Below are positions 25,070-38,666 of a stretch of 64,000 nt of DNA, piece after piece. The position numbers and the translations under genes were made by a program. Each line of letters opens with the position of its first letter. Positions within the stretch are counted from its first letter, which is position 1. The stretch lies in NCBI GenBank assembly GCA_964304625.1, contig OZ199838.1, forward strand, positions 2,293,329 through 2,357,328, in the 5' to 3' direction. The notes beneath the pieces are model-generated. The model was not told the origin of the DNA, did not search any database, and saw only the letters and a program-made list of their open reading frames with translations. Source of the stretch: Kudoa neothunni (lineage: Eukaryota > Animalia > Cnidaria).

Positions 25070-26305
25070 CAAATGACGCAATTTTTTCTCGGTTCCAAGG
25101 AGAATATGTGAATTGAAGGACGTGGCTATATCTCAGGGAATTAATATCTCTAAAACTAATCCATCTTTTTTATTCATATTTCACTTATTATCCAATATTT
25201 ACGTGACTAAATTTTTTGGAACTTACAGAAAAATTTGAAGAATACATTTTCAGTAGAAAATAATAAATAAAATATTCCAAAAATTGTTTATTGTAATAGA
25301 AACAATTTTAAATAAAAAAATTCGAAAAGGGGTAAAATGAAACAAATTTTTAGATGATTCCGGCTAATGCAACTTCTGAATTTTGTGGGTATCTTTTTGA
25401 TGAATCTATAAGGTCTATTAGTCTACCGGGGAAAATAACTAAAAGTCATGATGACGTTTTCGTAGTCCGTTTCCCCAATAAATTTGATTATTCGTTGACG
25501 AATATAATACTTACAATTTAATATAGTTGAAGATATGTGTAACAGTTAAGAAAAGGGAAATATCGTATGATTTAATTTCTTATAATGTCAATTAGAAGTC
25601 TTGTGTTGATTTAATAGGGATCTCATCTATCAAAATGACAGAACTTTGTACAAATAATGCATTAGAACACAATAACGGAATAATTAAATAATAACGATAA
25701 AGATGAAAATAGCAAAGAATAATCTTTGCTAAAAGTTAACATTAAAATATTATTGTTGGACTTTAAACCTCAAAAATCCTTCGAAATTGAGTCCATGGTA
25801 AAGTCAGGAGGAAATTAGATGTCAATAATTGTGGATATAAAGATATATAAAAATAATTTGTTACATAATTAAACCAAAAAATTCAACATTACATAATAAA
25901 TTTATCTTTAGAATATGATAACTGTTATATTTTATGATTTCTAACCAACACGATCAAGTCATCGTATATTCCATTTCTTTTTGAGATACAAAATAATATA
26001 AGAAAAAAGGATAATTAAAATTTTTATATTATTTTGTATTTGATAAACGATATATTTATTATTTATCCAAAGTTTTATAAATATATGATAATTACACTTG
26101 AATACTAATCAACTCTGGATGGGTGCACTAGATTTATTCTTCTTCAAATTTTTCTATACCTTACAAAAAATCAAGTTAAGTAAGTATTAGATAGTATGTA
26201 AAATATGAATAAAATATACGGAATAGTTTTAGAGATATTCATTCCCTGAGATCTAACCACTACCTTACGTGAAATTGGTTTCTCATCGTAGTGAATTGCG
26301 TTGAT
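25070..26305. mobile_element. Foldback/MITE-like element with long (~150-200 bp) imperfect TIRs
   Basis: gtggctatatctcagggaattaatatctctaaaactaatcc (25123-25162) pairs with ggaatagttttagagatattcattccctgagatctaaccac (26220-26260). agaaaaatttgaagaa pairs with ttcttcaaatttttct. The internal part is homologous to 11170-11549 and 13861-14200. Confidence 0.7.
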
Positions 26306-27920
26306 CGAGACAAATAATAATTATTTTTAATAAAATTTTAAATGTATCTTCCCTAGAGGAATTTTCATTGATTGGTCGATTTAATGTAAAATATTAAATG
26401 TTTTTAAATCAATTAGTTGAATTAAGGACTATTAATAAGAGATTGACACATTTAAAAATCAACAAATGTTAATTTCATTTTTAAATATTATTAAGAATGG
26501 GTATAGAAGGTATGATGAAGTGATTTATAGTGGCAGATTTTGCGCCTCTTATAGATACTATAGAGGAATTTTATTAGATATGTTTTTCCTCAATCTTCCT
26601 ATTGTTTAATTTGGGTTTATTAAATGTATACTTGATCAATAAATTTTTCGATTGAAATTTGCTAACAAAAAGCGTGGCAAAATTAGATGGTCACGTGACT
26701 ATCATTATGGGAAAAATCTAGGATAAATATTTTTAACCAATATATTAATAAAATATACATTTTTTATTCAACTATAAAAATTAATAGCTTTTAAACCATG
26801 CGTACAACCGATCACCGAGTATATAGCTAATTTACTCCCATGACAAAAAGGTTGTCGACATTTGCTTTGAGAGATTTCAAACCTAACTGAAGCCACAAAA
26901 TACAGAAACTATCCTTTTGTTGGTCAAATACAATATTCTTCTATCAAAAGTCATTTTAATTTTATCCTAAATTATAAAGTAGAAATGATTCATAACAAAA
27001 ATTCCTAAATCTATATATAAATTATACCAATAAAAGAATGAAGTTCGTAGTATGATTCAACGTACGACAAAAATTAACAATAATCAAAATCTAAAAAGTA
27101 GGGGTGTAATTTTTATATGGTTGTCTATTTAGGATACTCAGTAATATTTTATATATCGACGTTTACGAGTCTTTTTTTTCTTATAACAGATATAATAATC
27201 AATTAAATTATGTAATCCCTATAATAATATTTTCTAAAAAAATCACCAAAAATATATCATCAAATATTAAATAGATAAATGAGTAGTTGCTAATAATAAA
27301 AATTTTTCTCATTATATCCCAGTAACTTTTCCATCATGAATTACATTTGTTTTATATATTTGGTAAATAAATGATAATATAATTTCTAACAAGATGTAAC
27401 TAAATCATTAAATAGAATTATATAGGTAAGTAAACAACTAATCTATATATTTCAAATTACTTTAGAATATTTACAGCATAATATTTTTCTTGAATTTCAA
27501 ATTTATCTTTTTATGACCGAAAACTATCAAATAGATTTTTGTCAAAATATAATTTAGTAAATATTATCAATATTATAGCAGATCATTTCTTTTTCAACCA
27601 GGGCATAATATTCCTTAGAAGAATATAAATCCACCGGGTCAAAAAATATAATCAATCAATCGAAGTTGACTGTTAGGAATACAATTTTAATTCGATTTAA
27701 TTTGACCACCAATCATTTCTCTATTGGACAAAATAGTTGAGGCGTACAATAAAAACGACGCTTTGATCCTTAAAATTAGTCACAAGAAAAATACTGGATT
27801 TAAAAAAAACAGTTTCAATTAACACAAATCAAACAAACTTAATAAATATCAACTAAATAAATAACGAGTTACTGTGTAAATATAATGAATTGTGTCTCCA
27901 GGATTGTTCACTAAGGTGAC

Positions 27921-28212
27921 CTAGGTTGAATATGATGGCGGGTTCACTTCTTCACTGCCAGTTTGAATATGGACCTCACCTTGCTTGGTCTCTACAACAT
28001 CTGGTTGTGTTATTTCGGTTACTTCGATCATTTTCTAAAATAGATACTGTTATGACCTATATATGTTTAAAACCCACCTGTAGTCTTTGTCTCTTACGGT
28101 TGTTTAATTCAACCATCGCATTCAATAAGACAAAATAGGCAATTACAATGAAAATGAACCACAATATGTTGAATGCATTAGAATTTCCATAACTTCCATA
28201 ACTACCCGACAT
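27921..28212 (-). CDS. 82-aa single-pass membrane microprotein with a C-terminal PPxY (PPSY) motif
   Basis: Exon 1 28212-28078, a 43-nt GT-AG intron, exon 2 28034-27921: MSGSYGSYGNSNAFNILWFIFIVIAYFVLLNAMVELNNRKRQRLQ|KMIEVTEITQPDVVETKQGEVHIQTGSEEVNPPSYST*. Hydrophobic helix followed by basic residues. Not in the ORF track. Confidence 0.75.
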
Positions 28213-29259
28213 TGTTATAAATATGTTATTGTCAACGAATCAATCTATCTTGTTTAAGAAAAAAGGAGGATGATTATAGGGGTTGCAAAAATAATCTACT
28301 TTGTTCAATAATTATGGTAATTAATTTTAATTTGTTTGGCATCTGAGACTAGAAAATTTTGGATCATCGTGCATACTAAATATATCTAACAGAGATATAT
28401 ACATGGGTCTCTACTGAAGAGATGGGGGTGTTGGTTTTTAGAATTTTAAATTCTCAAATTAGTGGTTAGTTCTACGATAGAACTCGCCGATAAACTTTTT
28501 ATCTTATTAATAATAATTTTTTATCAATAATCCGTTTAAATATGTAAGAATCTAAAAAAACTTTAAATAGGAACTTTCAATAGATCAAACATATGTTCTA
28601 TTTATCTTTATATTTTATCAGTCATTAATCCTCTTATTATAAACTTTTTTTAAATATTTTTTTATTTTATAAAAAAACAAAAATTAATGTTTTAAACAAA
28701 TTTTTTTTATTTGAATAATGTTATATTTATAGTTATTTATTCATTAACTTACGAATACTTGATTTTTTATTGGTTTTTTTTATTTATCATTTAATAATAT
28801 TATATCGATTAAATAAGCTGCACTGTTATAATTATCGCGTTTCATAAAGATGTTAAAATCTAGGAAAAACAACTAACAGTTATTGTTTAGCATAATATTA
28901 GTGGACTGCAAAATTATTACCTAATATTTCAAAAAATAGCATAGTGTACAGTTAAATTTGTCGACAATTTTTTTAAATAATTCATTATTTATATTTTAAG
29001 ACTGTGGAAAATTTACCCTCTATAAAATTGAGTACGAGTAGAGATTTAGGTGTGAAAATGAATTAGACTATGAGAAATCACTTATATACATGATTAAAAA
29101 AATTAGAACTTATTTTTTTTAAATAAATATTTTCCAGTAGAACCTAAATAATTGTTAGACATTAAATTTTTCTAATTACAAATATACCGAAAAACTCTAG
29201 AAATTTTCTATACCCTTTTTTTAAAATATAACATGCGGTTCTATTTCTAGGTGACTATA

Positions 29260-29894
29260 CAGTCAAACCTCAGTTATCCGGAAAATTTGGGACCGGCGAT
29301 TTTCTTTCTGGATAGCGATAGCGAAGTTCCGTTTTAATCGAACCTAAACAATGTCTTGTTCGAGCTTTTTTTTTAAATTTCCACTCAAAGAATCCTTTAC
29401 TTGATTAATAAGAAATATTTTACTATTTATTAAGAAAAGTATTTTAATTTCTGCCACTTAAATTAAAAATGTTGACATATCTATTAACTATGAATATGGA
29501 GACTTAAAGAAAACTCAGTGCATAATTATAGCAGTTCTTACACGTTTATAGAGGAGTAACCTACTTTTTTAAATAATCGATAATTAATTTTAGTTTAATA
29601 CACATACAGGTATGTGTTCAGATTTAGCACAAATTTATGTGAGAATTGAATGCTTAACCTGGATTTTAAAGGAAAAATTTATTAGTAAATAACCTAGAAA
29701 TATTTTTGTTTTAAATATTGTATTGATTTATGTGCTACACTGTAAATATCGAACGTTGATGGGTGCTACTTTCATTCGGAAAAATGATTAAATAGTTCTT
29801 CTGGTTTCCGGATAATCGAACATTTATGGGCACGTAATGTCAATAAAATCCAAATAAAATTTATAATTACTTCCGGATAATCGAGGTTCGACTT
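29260..29894. mobile_element. Tigger/pogo-like (Tc1-mariner) MITE
   Basis: TA|CAGTCAAACCTCAGTTATCCGGAA at the left and TTCCGGATAATCGAGGTTCGACTT|TA at the right, giving ~24-bp TIRs with a TA TSD. Confidence 0.75.
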
Positions 29895-31771
29895 TATATA
29901 TATATATATATATTAATACATCCGAAAATTAAACTAAATTAATATTTTAATGGGAAATAGAAATATTCATACCAACCTAATATATTGTAGAGTTAAATTC
30001 TAATATTTGGACAAGCATCATCATCATTATACATGTCAAAATAAATGTTAAAAAGGTATAATATAATAATTCTTGACCGCGATTTATTATTCCTTGCTGT
30101 AAAAATATATTTGGATACAGCACAAATTGAGCTTAACCTATTTTAAAAATCCTAAAATAGACAAAAATCAATTTATTTTATATAATTTACTAATCAAAAT
30201 TTAATATTCGTTCTAATATAATAATTATAATAAATATTTTATATTATATATATATATCAAATGCGATGAAAAATGTAGCTTTCTGTGTCATTAGAGATAA
30301 TTCTAGTTATACATCAGATCATAAAACCAAAAAAATGGCAGCGTGCGACATATTTTTTAAAAGCGTAGATAGATTAATTTTTCCAACAAAAATATGAAAG
30401 GGTTTAATTTTGAATAAATTTCTGACTAGTTAAATAAGGTTTAAGAACATTAATTAGTAAATCAAAGCCATAAAAACTTCTAAATTACATTTGCACTTCA
30501 TTTTTATAAGTATACATTGGGTAAATATGTAACATAGTTTTTTACAATAATATTCACCAGAAATTCTCAAATAAATTATTTATTTATTTTAACAAATAAT
30601 ATTTGGTTGAAGTAATGCAAAATATTAAACTTATCGTTTTAAAGAACTATAAAGCTTAATAGAATTGAAACACTTTCTTAATTTTTCTTTTCAAACAAAA
30701 ATTAGTTATATTACTAATTATATATCAATTTATCGATAATTCCAAATCGGATGGTAAATAGAGTAGGTTAATTAAGAGTCCTTTGATATAAATCAATTTT
30801 CTCAAAATGAGTATTCATCTATATAGTAGATAAAAAACCCGATTAGTTTGTATTCAACGATATAATTATATTTTCTATTTATATTAGTAGATACAAATAG
30901 GTTCATGTTGGAAACATCGTAATAACTGATTGATTTCCATTTCTAACAAATTACTTTGTTTTAATAATTTTATCATTTAATTTTTGAAATATGACGATAA
31001 TAACGTTATATAATGATAATGTTGAAACCAGATCTTTTAGTACACATATATTGCCGGATTCCGTGATATGCAAAAGATTGAATACCAACAACACATGGAA
31101 TATGGATGTGTATTGTAGGTTGTTTAAATTATCGATGGTTCTCACAGTACAAATCAAAATTGTTAAATTTATTATGGAAGTTTATTATCTGAATGTCACA
31201 AAATTTAAGCAACAATTTCTGTTTTAATAATTAATCTTTTATTTGAAGCTTCAAACTGTTGGCCAATAATCTACAAGACAGATATGACTAAGAGTTAATT
31301 TTTTTATACATAAGGAAAGACGAATTAATTTAGCTATTATAATGGTTGAAATAAGAAAAGCATCCAATTGTAAGGAATGGAGTGGGATTAGGATACTCTT
31401 GATATCTACTCTAATCTCCATACAAAAAAACAATGTCTAATTGACATTAAAAAATATAAAATTTATTTTAAAAAGGATACCAAAATAAATCTAGTGATAA
31501 ATCGTTCAACGACATTTTCACATACTTCATCATTAATGTTGTATAATTTTGTAGGTAGCACACCTCCTAAATTGTACGCAAAAATATTCCAATAAATATA
31601 TAAAAATAGTTTTAAGCATTTTATAACTCAAAGAAATAGCTATATCATCTTTACAGTGAGTAGGGATATATTCGAGTATCCTTTGAATTGAGTGATAATC
31701 TTAATTCAGGTTAAGCCCCGAAGAATTAGGCATTGCTGTTGAAGAGTTAAAATATTAGTGCCGTCGACGAA

Positions 31772-33959
31772 ATGAATATATTACTGTTGGCAGGTTTACT
31801 GTTAAACCAGGTGGTAGGAGGTAATTTTGATAAAATTAATTATGTTTAAAATCACGATTCGTTCCCTATTACGTACAACATGTAGCACGTTGTTGGTGTG
31901 TTCACCGCAAACAGGTTAATTTGTTGAATATAGGGTATTCAAAAGTAGTCTACAGCAATCCAAACAATCAGAAAGTGCTGTCAGTTACCAAAGGGGAAGA
32001 ATTTGTGGTGAGTTGGAATTTGGATGTGAAGGACAAAGGTTATCTTCACACTCGCATGATTTTACGCCACCAAGCTCAGTCAACTATAATCAGCAAATTT
32101 GATCACAAAAATTTTTTTATCTACAACAGTACCTATCAGAGAAATGTTGCGGATATTGAGCGAACACAAATAAAGTTAACGTCTACATCATTCGAATTGG
32201 ATGAAGTGTTGTTTTCTATTGAGAATAGTTATCGGGTGAACGACACTGCTACAAATGTGGAAGTGTACGATTACATACCAATATTTGTTATCGGTAGGTT
32301 TTATTCTATCACTCATTTGACAATAGATATTGTAATTTATTAATTTTTTATTGTAGCAAAGCCGCTCATCGACTGTCAGGACAATCAGCGATTTGTTGAC
32401 AACACACTCATTATAGAATGTACCGTGAAGTCGAAACCTGAAGCTGATATCAATGTGGGATTTCAAATGATGCACAGTGGTTTTAATACAACCAAAGAAA
32501 CTCAATTGGATAGTGGTGGATTCTCGATTGTGAATTTGATGATACGGTTTCCGTTGAATGTTTATTATCTCAATAAGATGTTGTTTGTATCGGCATCTGT
32601 GGGGAAATTTCATGAGATGATCAATGTGACTATTAGTTCGAAACGTAAGCGAATATACAATTTTTGCCGAATTTTTATCATAAATTCTAGTGCCTCCTTT
32701 TAACGTGAAATTATTTGTGGACGAGGACAACTCCCCCGAGCAAAATATTAGTGTCTATTCGTCTGACAGATCAAAAGTGGTGGTGAGATGTTCGGCGGAC
32801 ACTTTTTCCGGTCAAGTTCAATACACAATCAAAGCACCTAATAGAAAAACCCTCAACGATGAGCAGTTCGTGATTGATAGATTCGATGAGGCGGCTCACG
32901 TTGGCACATGGGAATGTAGTGCCAAGAATGAATACGGCACGGTGAAGTCGGATTCGATTGTGGTTAGAATTTTGGAGGAAAAACCTTCCATACCAATCAT
33001 CAAAATTAACCATCTCATCAACTCAACCAATACTTTCTGTGTTGATCTACTTGACATGATAACAGTGAGTTGTATGGTTATACATAGTAAACCATTCGAT
33101 AACAAAAATTCTATTCGATACACACTTCAAATGATCAACAGTGGATCCAAATACAACAAAACTACCAATGGACATGGGAATTTTGATATAGCTTTCGACG
33201 AAAGCTATCATGAGAATATCTACGCTTGTAGAGCTGAGAATGAAGTTGGTGTGGGTTCGCCTGCTATTTTCTATTTGTACAAAAACAAGGTTTTAGGTTG
33301 GTTTAGTCGTTATTAGTTGGAAACTTTTGTAACGGAGAATGTTTTTAGGATCTTCATCAATCAATTTCATGAAAACTATCGAAATCCATTCCACCTACAT
33401 GGGAATTATGTGTTTTTTGACTTCGTTGTTAGTGGTTTTTGCCGTGATATTGATTGTGAAACTGAGACATCGAAGTATTTCCATTACTGAAACAACTTAA
33501 TCAAACTATAACTAACTTTCTAATTATCAGCATTATTTCTATAGCTAATCGTATGCTATTGTGTGGTTTATGTTATGGAAACTCGACAGCGTCTGTTCCA
33601 GGTCATTCTATATCGTCAACTGTTACATCGTAATTTAAATATTATCATTGCGTATTTTTATATTGCATTGTTTTAGGCGCCAATTAGAAGCAAGCACTGA
33701 TGTATTAAACTTTTAAAAAGCCACATTTAATAACTCGTATCATGTAGGATAATAAAAAATTTATGGATTCGTTCGAGTTAAGTGATCAATCAAATCCTAC
33801 CATCTATGAGAAAGACGCTCATAAGAAGAACGAACAAACCGACCGAAAGTAATTCTTTATAAATCTTTAATGTTTACGCAATTCCGCAGGGATAAGTCAG
33901 TAACCTCTACCTCAAACGATCTCCATGGGAACATTGACGAAACTGCTCATCTTCTTTAG
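31772..33959 (+). CDS. Immunoglobulin-superfamily type I membrane receptor/adhesion protein (~4 Ig-like domains)
   Basis: Signal peptide exon MNILLLAGLLLNQVVG (31772-31820). Ig motifs: VVVRCSAD...HVGTWECSAKNEYG and ITVSCMV...HENIYACRAENEVG. TM segment YMGIMCFLTSLLVVFAVILIV-KLRHR. Several short cytoplasmic exons end DETAHLL*, TAG at 33957-33959. Confidence 0.85.
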
Positions 33960-34153
33960 TTAGTCATTGTTGTATTTTCTATTTTTTTTATTTCTCGAAG
34001 CTGTTAAATATGTGTGCCATATAAAAATATTCGCATTTATCTATAAAGTCGATCCAATAATACAAACATATCAAATTCAATGTAAATAAGACAGACAGTA
34101 ACAGTAGAACATATAACGATAATAATATTGGTAGTGATAAATTTGAGGGGTCG

Positions 34154-36412
34154 TCAAAGATGAGAAAGTTCTTCCAAATAGGCGCCAAAAAGTTTGATCT
34201 AAATTAACTGCAAACACTAAAACAACAATAGAGTTACACCACAAAAAAAGTTGTATTTGTCGATTTTCTCGTTCTGGGAATGAGCACCATCATCCGAACG
34301 GCCAATCGACAACAGAAGAACGTTCTTCTTAAGAATACTATCAAACCAAGTGGCCACAGGAATCGATCCGCCGATCCTGGTAAAATCGGGAGTCACGCCG
34401 TAAACTAATAGATCAAGTCAAATGAAATGAAATGAATAATGTTGTTGTGAAATAAAGGCGTGAAAACCTTTTTCGCATGCTATCTTAGCTGAAACGTAGT
34501 TAGGATGGTGGATATCGGTCACCCAACCGGGATCCGCATGTGAACAGAATAAACTGATAGCGTTTGAACTATCGCGTTGAACGACGAGGTTTTCGATATA
34601 ATTTTTCACCAGTTCAACGGTTTTGTCAGCTTCCATATGAGGAACAAGCCGAATCGAAAACTTCCCGATCACCTACTCATGGCAATGCGATGCATGTGTT
34701 TGTAAAGATCTAAATTTACTTTTCTGGGGATAACAGTCTTGTCTCCACATCCATCAAAAGATCCCTCAACGCCTAACGGAATTTGGCAAAATATTTACCT
34801 ACACGTTCACACGTGTAACTACCGTGAATGGATAAGGAAGGATATCGCCAGTTGTTCATTAGTAGTGATTCTTTATCATCACAACTTAGCTTACTGGCTC
34901 CTGTATAGGTTTTAATTTCTTCCTAGATACAACAATCATGATAAAGACAGAAGGTTCGCTATCAAAATCTAATATCTAATGAACTTACCATGTCGCAATC
35001 AATAGGTTTATATGTGGCAAATTCTTCATCGGTCAATTTATCCACCTGATCATATATTCCAGGTATAACAATCTTGCCTTTACAATCAACCAGTTTCGAC
35101 AGAAAATACATGAGATCAATCATTGGCTCGTTTCTAAAGAAACAAATCAACCCATTCAGTTTATCTGTTCAGGTCGAAACGTACACCATTCCACCATATA
35201 GACCTGAATGTAGATCGCATTTGAACCCTGCCACTTCCAAATGGAAATAGGCAGCTCCTCTATACCATAATCGAATTATAATTGGGTTCAACTATACTAA
35301 CACATACCGTAGACCATAGGATATGCATGGTTTTCTATTACCCAGCCAATAGGTATCACAAATACACACAAAATCAACATCCTACAAGGAAATACAGGCG
35401 ATCAGTAACTGAACCAAATAATAAATGAGCGATTAGTTACAGCAAAAAATTTATTTTTCTCATTCTCTATCAGTTCAATCATACCAATACTTCCTGATTC
35501 TTCCATAGCCTCAAAGCAAACCTTATCAACGTATTGGTTAGTTGATGAATGTGGATAGTTGAAAACCCAACAATATTCAATACTAAGCACTAAGCAATTA
35601 CTTTGACATTAATGCTGGGGAATGCTTTGAGACTATCTAACACTTTTAAGGCGCACAACAAACCAAAAACTGGACCCTAATTTAACGTATATTGTAATTC
35701 ATATTTCATATATAGAATATAGGCAGGATAATTTAAATTCAGATCCAAAACTACGTACTTTGTCATCCGATGCGCCTCTACCAATCAAACAATCTTTATC
35801 GTTAACGGTGAGCTGAAAAGGGTCGGAATCCCATCCGTCCTCCTAATTTCGAGTTAACGCTGGAAAAATATTAAAAAAACACTTTTCTAGCCGGTTGAAC
35901 GTCAATGTGACCATATATACAGACCTAAATAGTTTGAAAATCGTTTAAAAGACCTATCTAATCAATCGAGAAAGAGTTTACAGTTTTGTAACTAGGAGAT
36001 TTCATTTTTGAGCCAAGAATTATAGGGGGAACTTCGAGTTTTTCGCCATTGGCAAGAGTCTGAGTTTTACAGGGGTTGGCCATTATTTCAACATCAAAGT
36101 TAAGCTCTCTCAGTTTCTACAAACATTAATTTTTTTATCTCATCCAAAAAATAAGACCGGATTATTACTTTCCCCACAAATTCCACCATCTCAAAACAAT
36201 ACTTTCTAAAAGTATAGTCTCCCGAAACACTAGGTATAGCAATCCATTCTTTAAACTCATCGATAAACTCGTTCTATTCAAAAAATATTTTCACCATGTG
36301 CAACATCATAATAATACTTCTCTTAAATCAATTTCTCTAAAAATAATAATATTAATATAGTTGAAGTACAAAATTGAGCGTACTTTGAAAAAATATCATA
36401 ATTAAATGTCAT
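34154..36412 (-). CDS. CNDP2: Cytosolic non-specific dipeptidase (M20 family)
   Basis: Spliced motifs: EFKEWIAIPSVSG, YGHIDVQP, EDGWDSDPF, GRGASDDK|GPV, FEAMEESGS, DLHSGLYGG, WRYPSLSIH, KFSIRLVP, GGSIPVAT, DDGAHSQNEKI, IKLFGAYLEELSHL*. Many tiny introns. Confidence 0.93.
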
Positions 36413-38610
36413 CTTTTATTTTTATTCACAGGGTATTTATTTAACTATCGGTTTTCGTAGATAAATAAAATTCAAGCTAATTTTGAGATGACGATGGCGT
36501 GCTCAAAATGAATTTTTACAAAGAAACGACTTAAAACGACTGTCTCACGCGATTGTTTCAATGTTTCTATTAATATTTTGTTTATTTGTGAAATCAAAAA
36601 CAAATAAAAATGCTCAACTCTACGACAACTTTTTATTTATAATCAAATAGTTGAAAGTATTACCATGCTTCACGACTTTGTTTTGTTTAAAATGATGCAT
36701 TCTTCGTCACATAATGCGTAATAATCAAGTTATTTACTTATTAATTCATTAAGTAAATGAGAAAAAACATCAAAATAACATTAGCGAAACAAAGCGTTAA
36801 ATCTAAGTATACCTGCTATTAAATGTCAAGGCGATTTCTATGCATTATTAATGAATAGTCATGATGATGTAAATATGTGTCTTATTAGGCGAGTAATAAT
36901 AAACCAAAAATTCTATTATTCAAGCAATAGAGAATTTGTTTATTATGTATTCACTTTATAGCGAAGGATTCCGTAATGATGGAAATTAATCGTTAGATTA
37001 CTTATTGCATTGTTTAGTTTTACGAATTTTGAGATAGCAACGTGTAAGTATATTATCGGTTTAATTTTATCTTCACCTTCTCAGCCTACCCATACAGAAA
37101 GTAGTAATTCACTTAATAAATAATATTCCGATGGTACTAGTTTTGACTGTGTTTAATTATTTCTGCCCTCTTAGAGCGAAGAGATCGGGATAAATAATTA
37201 AATGTAACATATTCCAAAGAAAATTAAATATGTATATAGCCTTTAAATAAGAGTTTCTGGGATTACAACTTGTCATCGCTCATGAGTGCATGCAGGTTAG
37301 GATTAAAATTTGGCACTGATTATTCATTATTCTTACGGTTCAGTATAATCCCTTCTTCGGCATACACTATTCTTACGGTAAAGAATATCTTCTAGATTAT
37401 TTCTAAGGTATTGCAAATCTGATTTCATTGATGTGTAAAGCTAGTTTAAATTTATTATTTATGAAGAATTTGTCATGTTATTCTTCACTAGAAATTTCTA
37501 GTGAATATGATCCTTTATATCAGCGATTCTTAACCTTTCTTCTTTGTGGCCCCAATGTGTTCAATAGACTCATCACCTATCCCATTTTGTTTTAATGTAT
37601 AATCCAGCATACATACAAATATTTAAATCCTTTCGTTCACACTGTTCAATTTAATCCTATATTACTATTATTATTAATCTATATACAGTGCAGCATCGTT
37701 AGTTTGTAGTACTTAACTCATATTTGATTATGATTGGTTCAGTGACATAAAGGGTGATATTTTAAGGTTTTAAATAACCTAAATGAAACTTTTTTGAACT
37801 ATTTTAAATATGAAAAACATCTATCGTGTGTAATGCATCTATTCTACGTGATTCGTATTCATTCCTCGTATTATTACGTACGAGCGATGCCGCATTGTAT
37901 GTAAAGTCGTAGTGTCCTTGTCCATGTGCGTGTGTAAGTGCGTGTAAGTGTGTGTACGCACAAATCTTCTCCTTATTCAGGGACTTCCAGTGGTATCTGA
38001 GTTTTCAATATACTCCAAAAAATCCATAATTAACTACAAAAATAAAATGGAACCTTCTGATTGCTCATAAAGTGATGAATTGGTGGTGTAAACGTTTTGT
38101 AAACAGATTACCACTGCACATGGTTTTCTAATGGGTTCAGTGATATGCGTACATAACTCTAATTTATATTATTTAAATACAACTGAAACTGTGAAAATTT
38201 GCTCTTTTCTACTTTTGAACGTATTTAAGACGATCTACAACATTTGTTCGTGCGTAGACTGGGACTTGGTGTAAACGCAGATTTGTTGTTTAAACGGGAG
38301 ATTCATACACGTGAATAAATTATTTACATTGCACGTGTAATTAAAGATAAAAAGTTTTAAATATTTTTACAATAAGCATAAAATAATGTTAGCACGTTAT
38401 AATTAAATAAAACATTGTTAACAAACGTTTAGATTAGTTAGTTCATCGACGGGTTAGTTAAAGTGATTAATCGGCCACATGAGTTGTAGTAACTTATGAT
38501 TGCTGAATGAAAATAAAATCCAATAAAGAAGAAAGTGAGGAAGATCGGGTTATTTCGTACAATACTGTAGTCAAAAGAATGATAAAATAATTACAATTGA
38601 CTTTGAACTT

Positions 38611-38666
38611 AAAATGACCTTGACTTACTCAAGGCTTTTGTCTGCGAATCAGGGCTTTTGCGCTAG
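38611..38666 (+). mobile_element. Helitron 3' end, same family as 10806-10885
   Basis: aaaatgaccttgacttactcaaggctttt...agggcttttgcgCTAG|T. Confidence 0.6.

Noticed and set aside
10806-38666. Helitron-mediated duplication of the two surface-protein paralogs (same Helitron end upstream of each)
   Set aside because: The Helitron ends have opposite orientation relative to the two genes, and the genes are far more diverged than the repeats.
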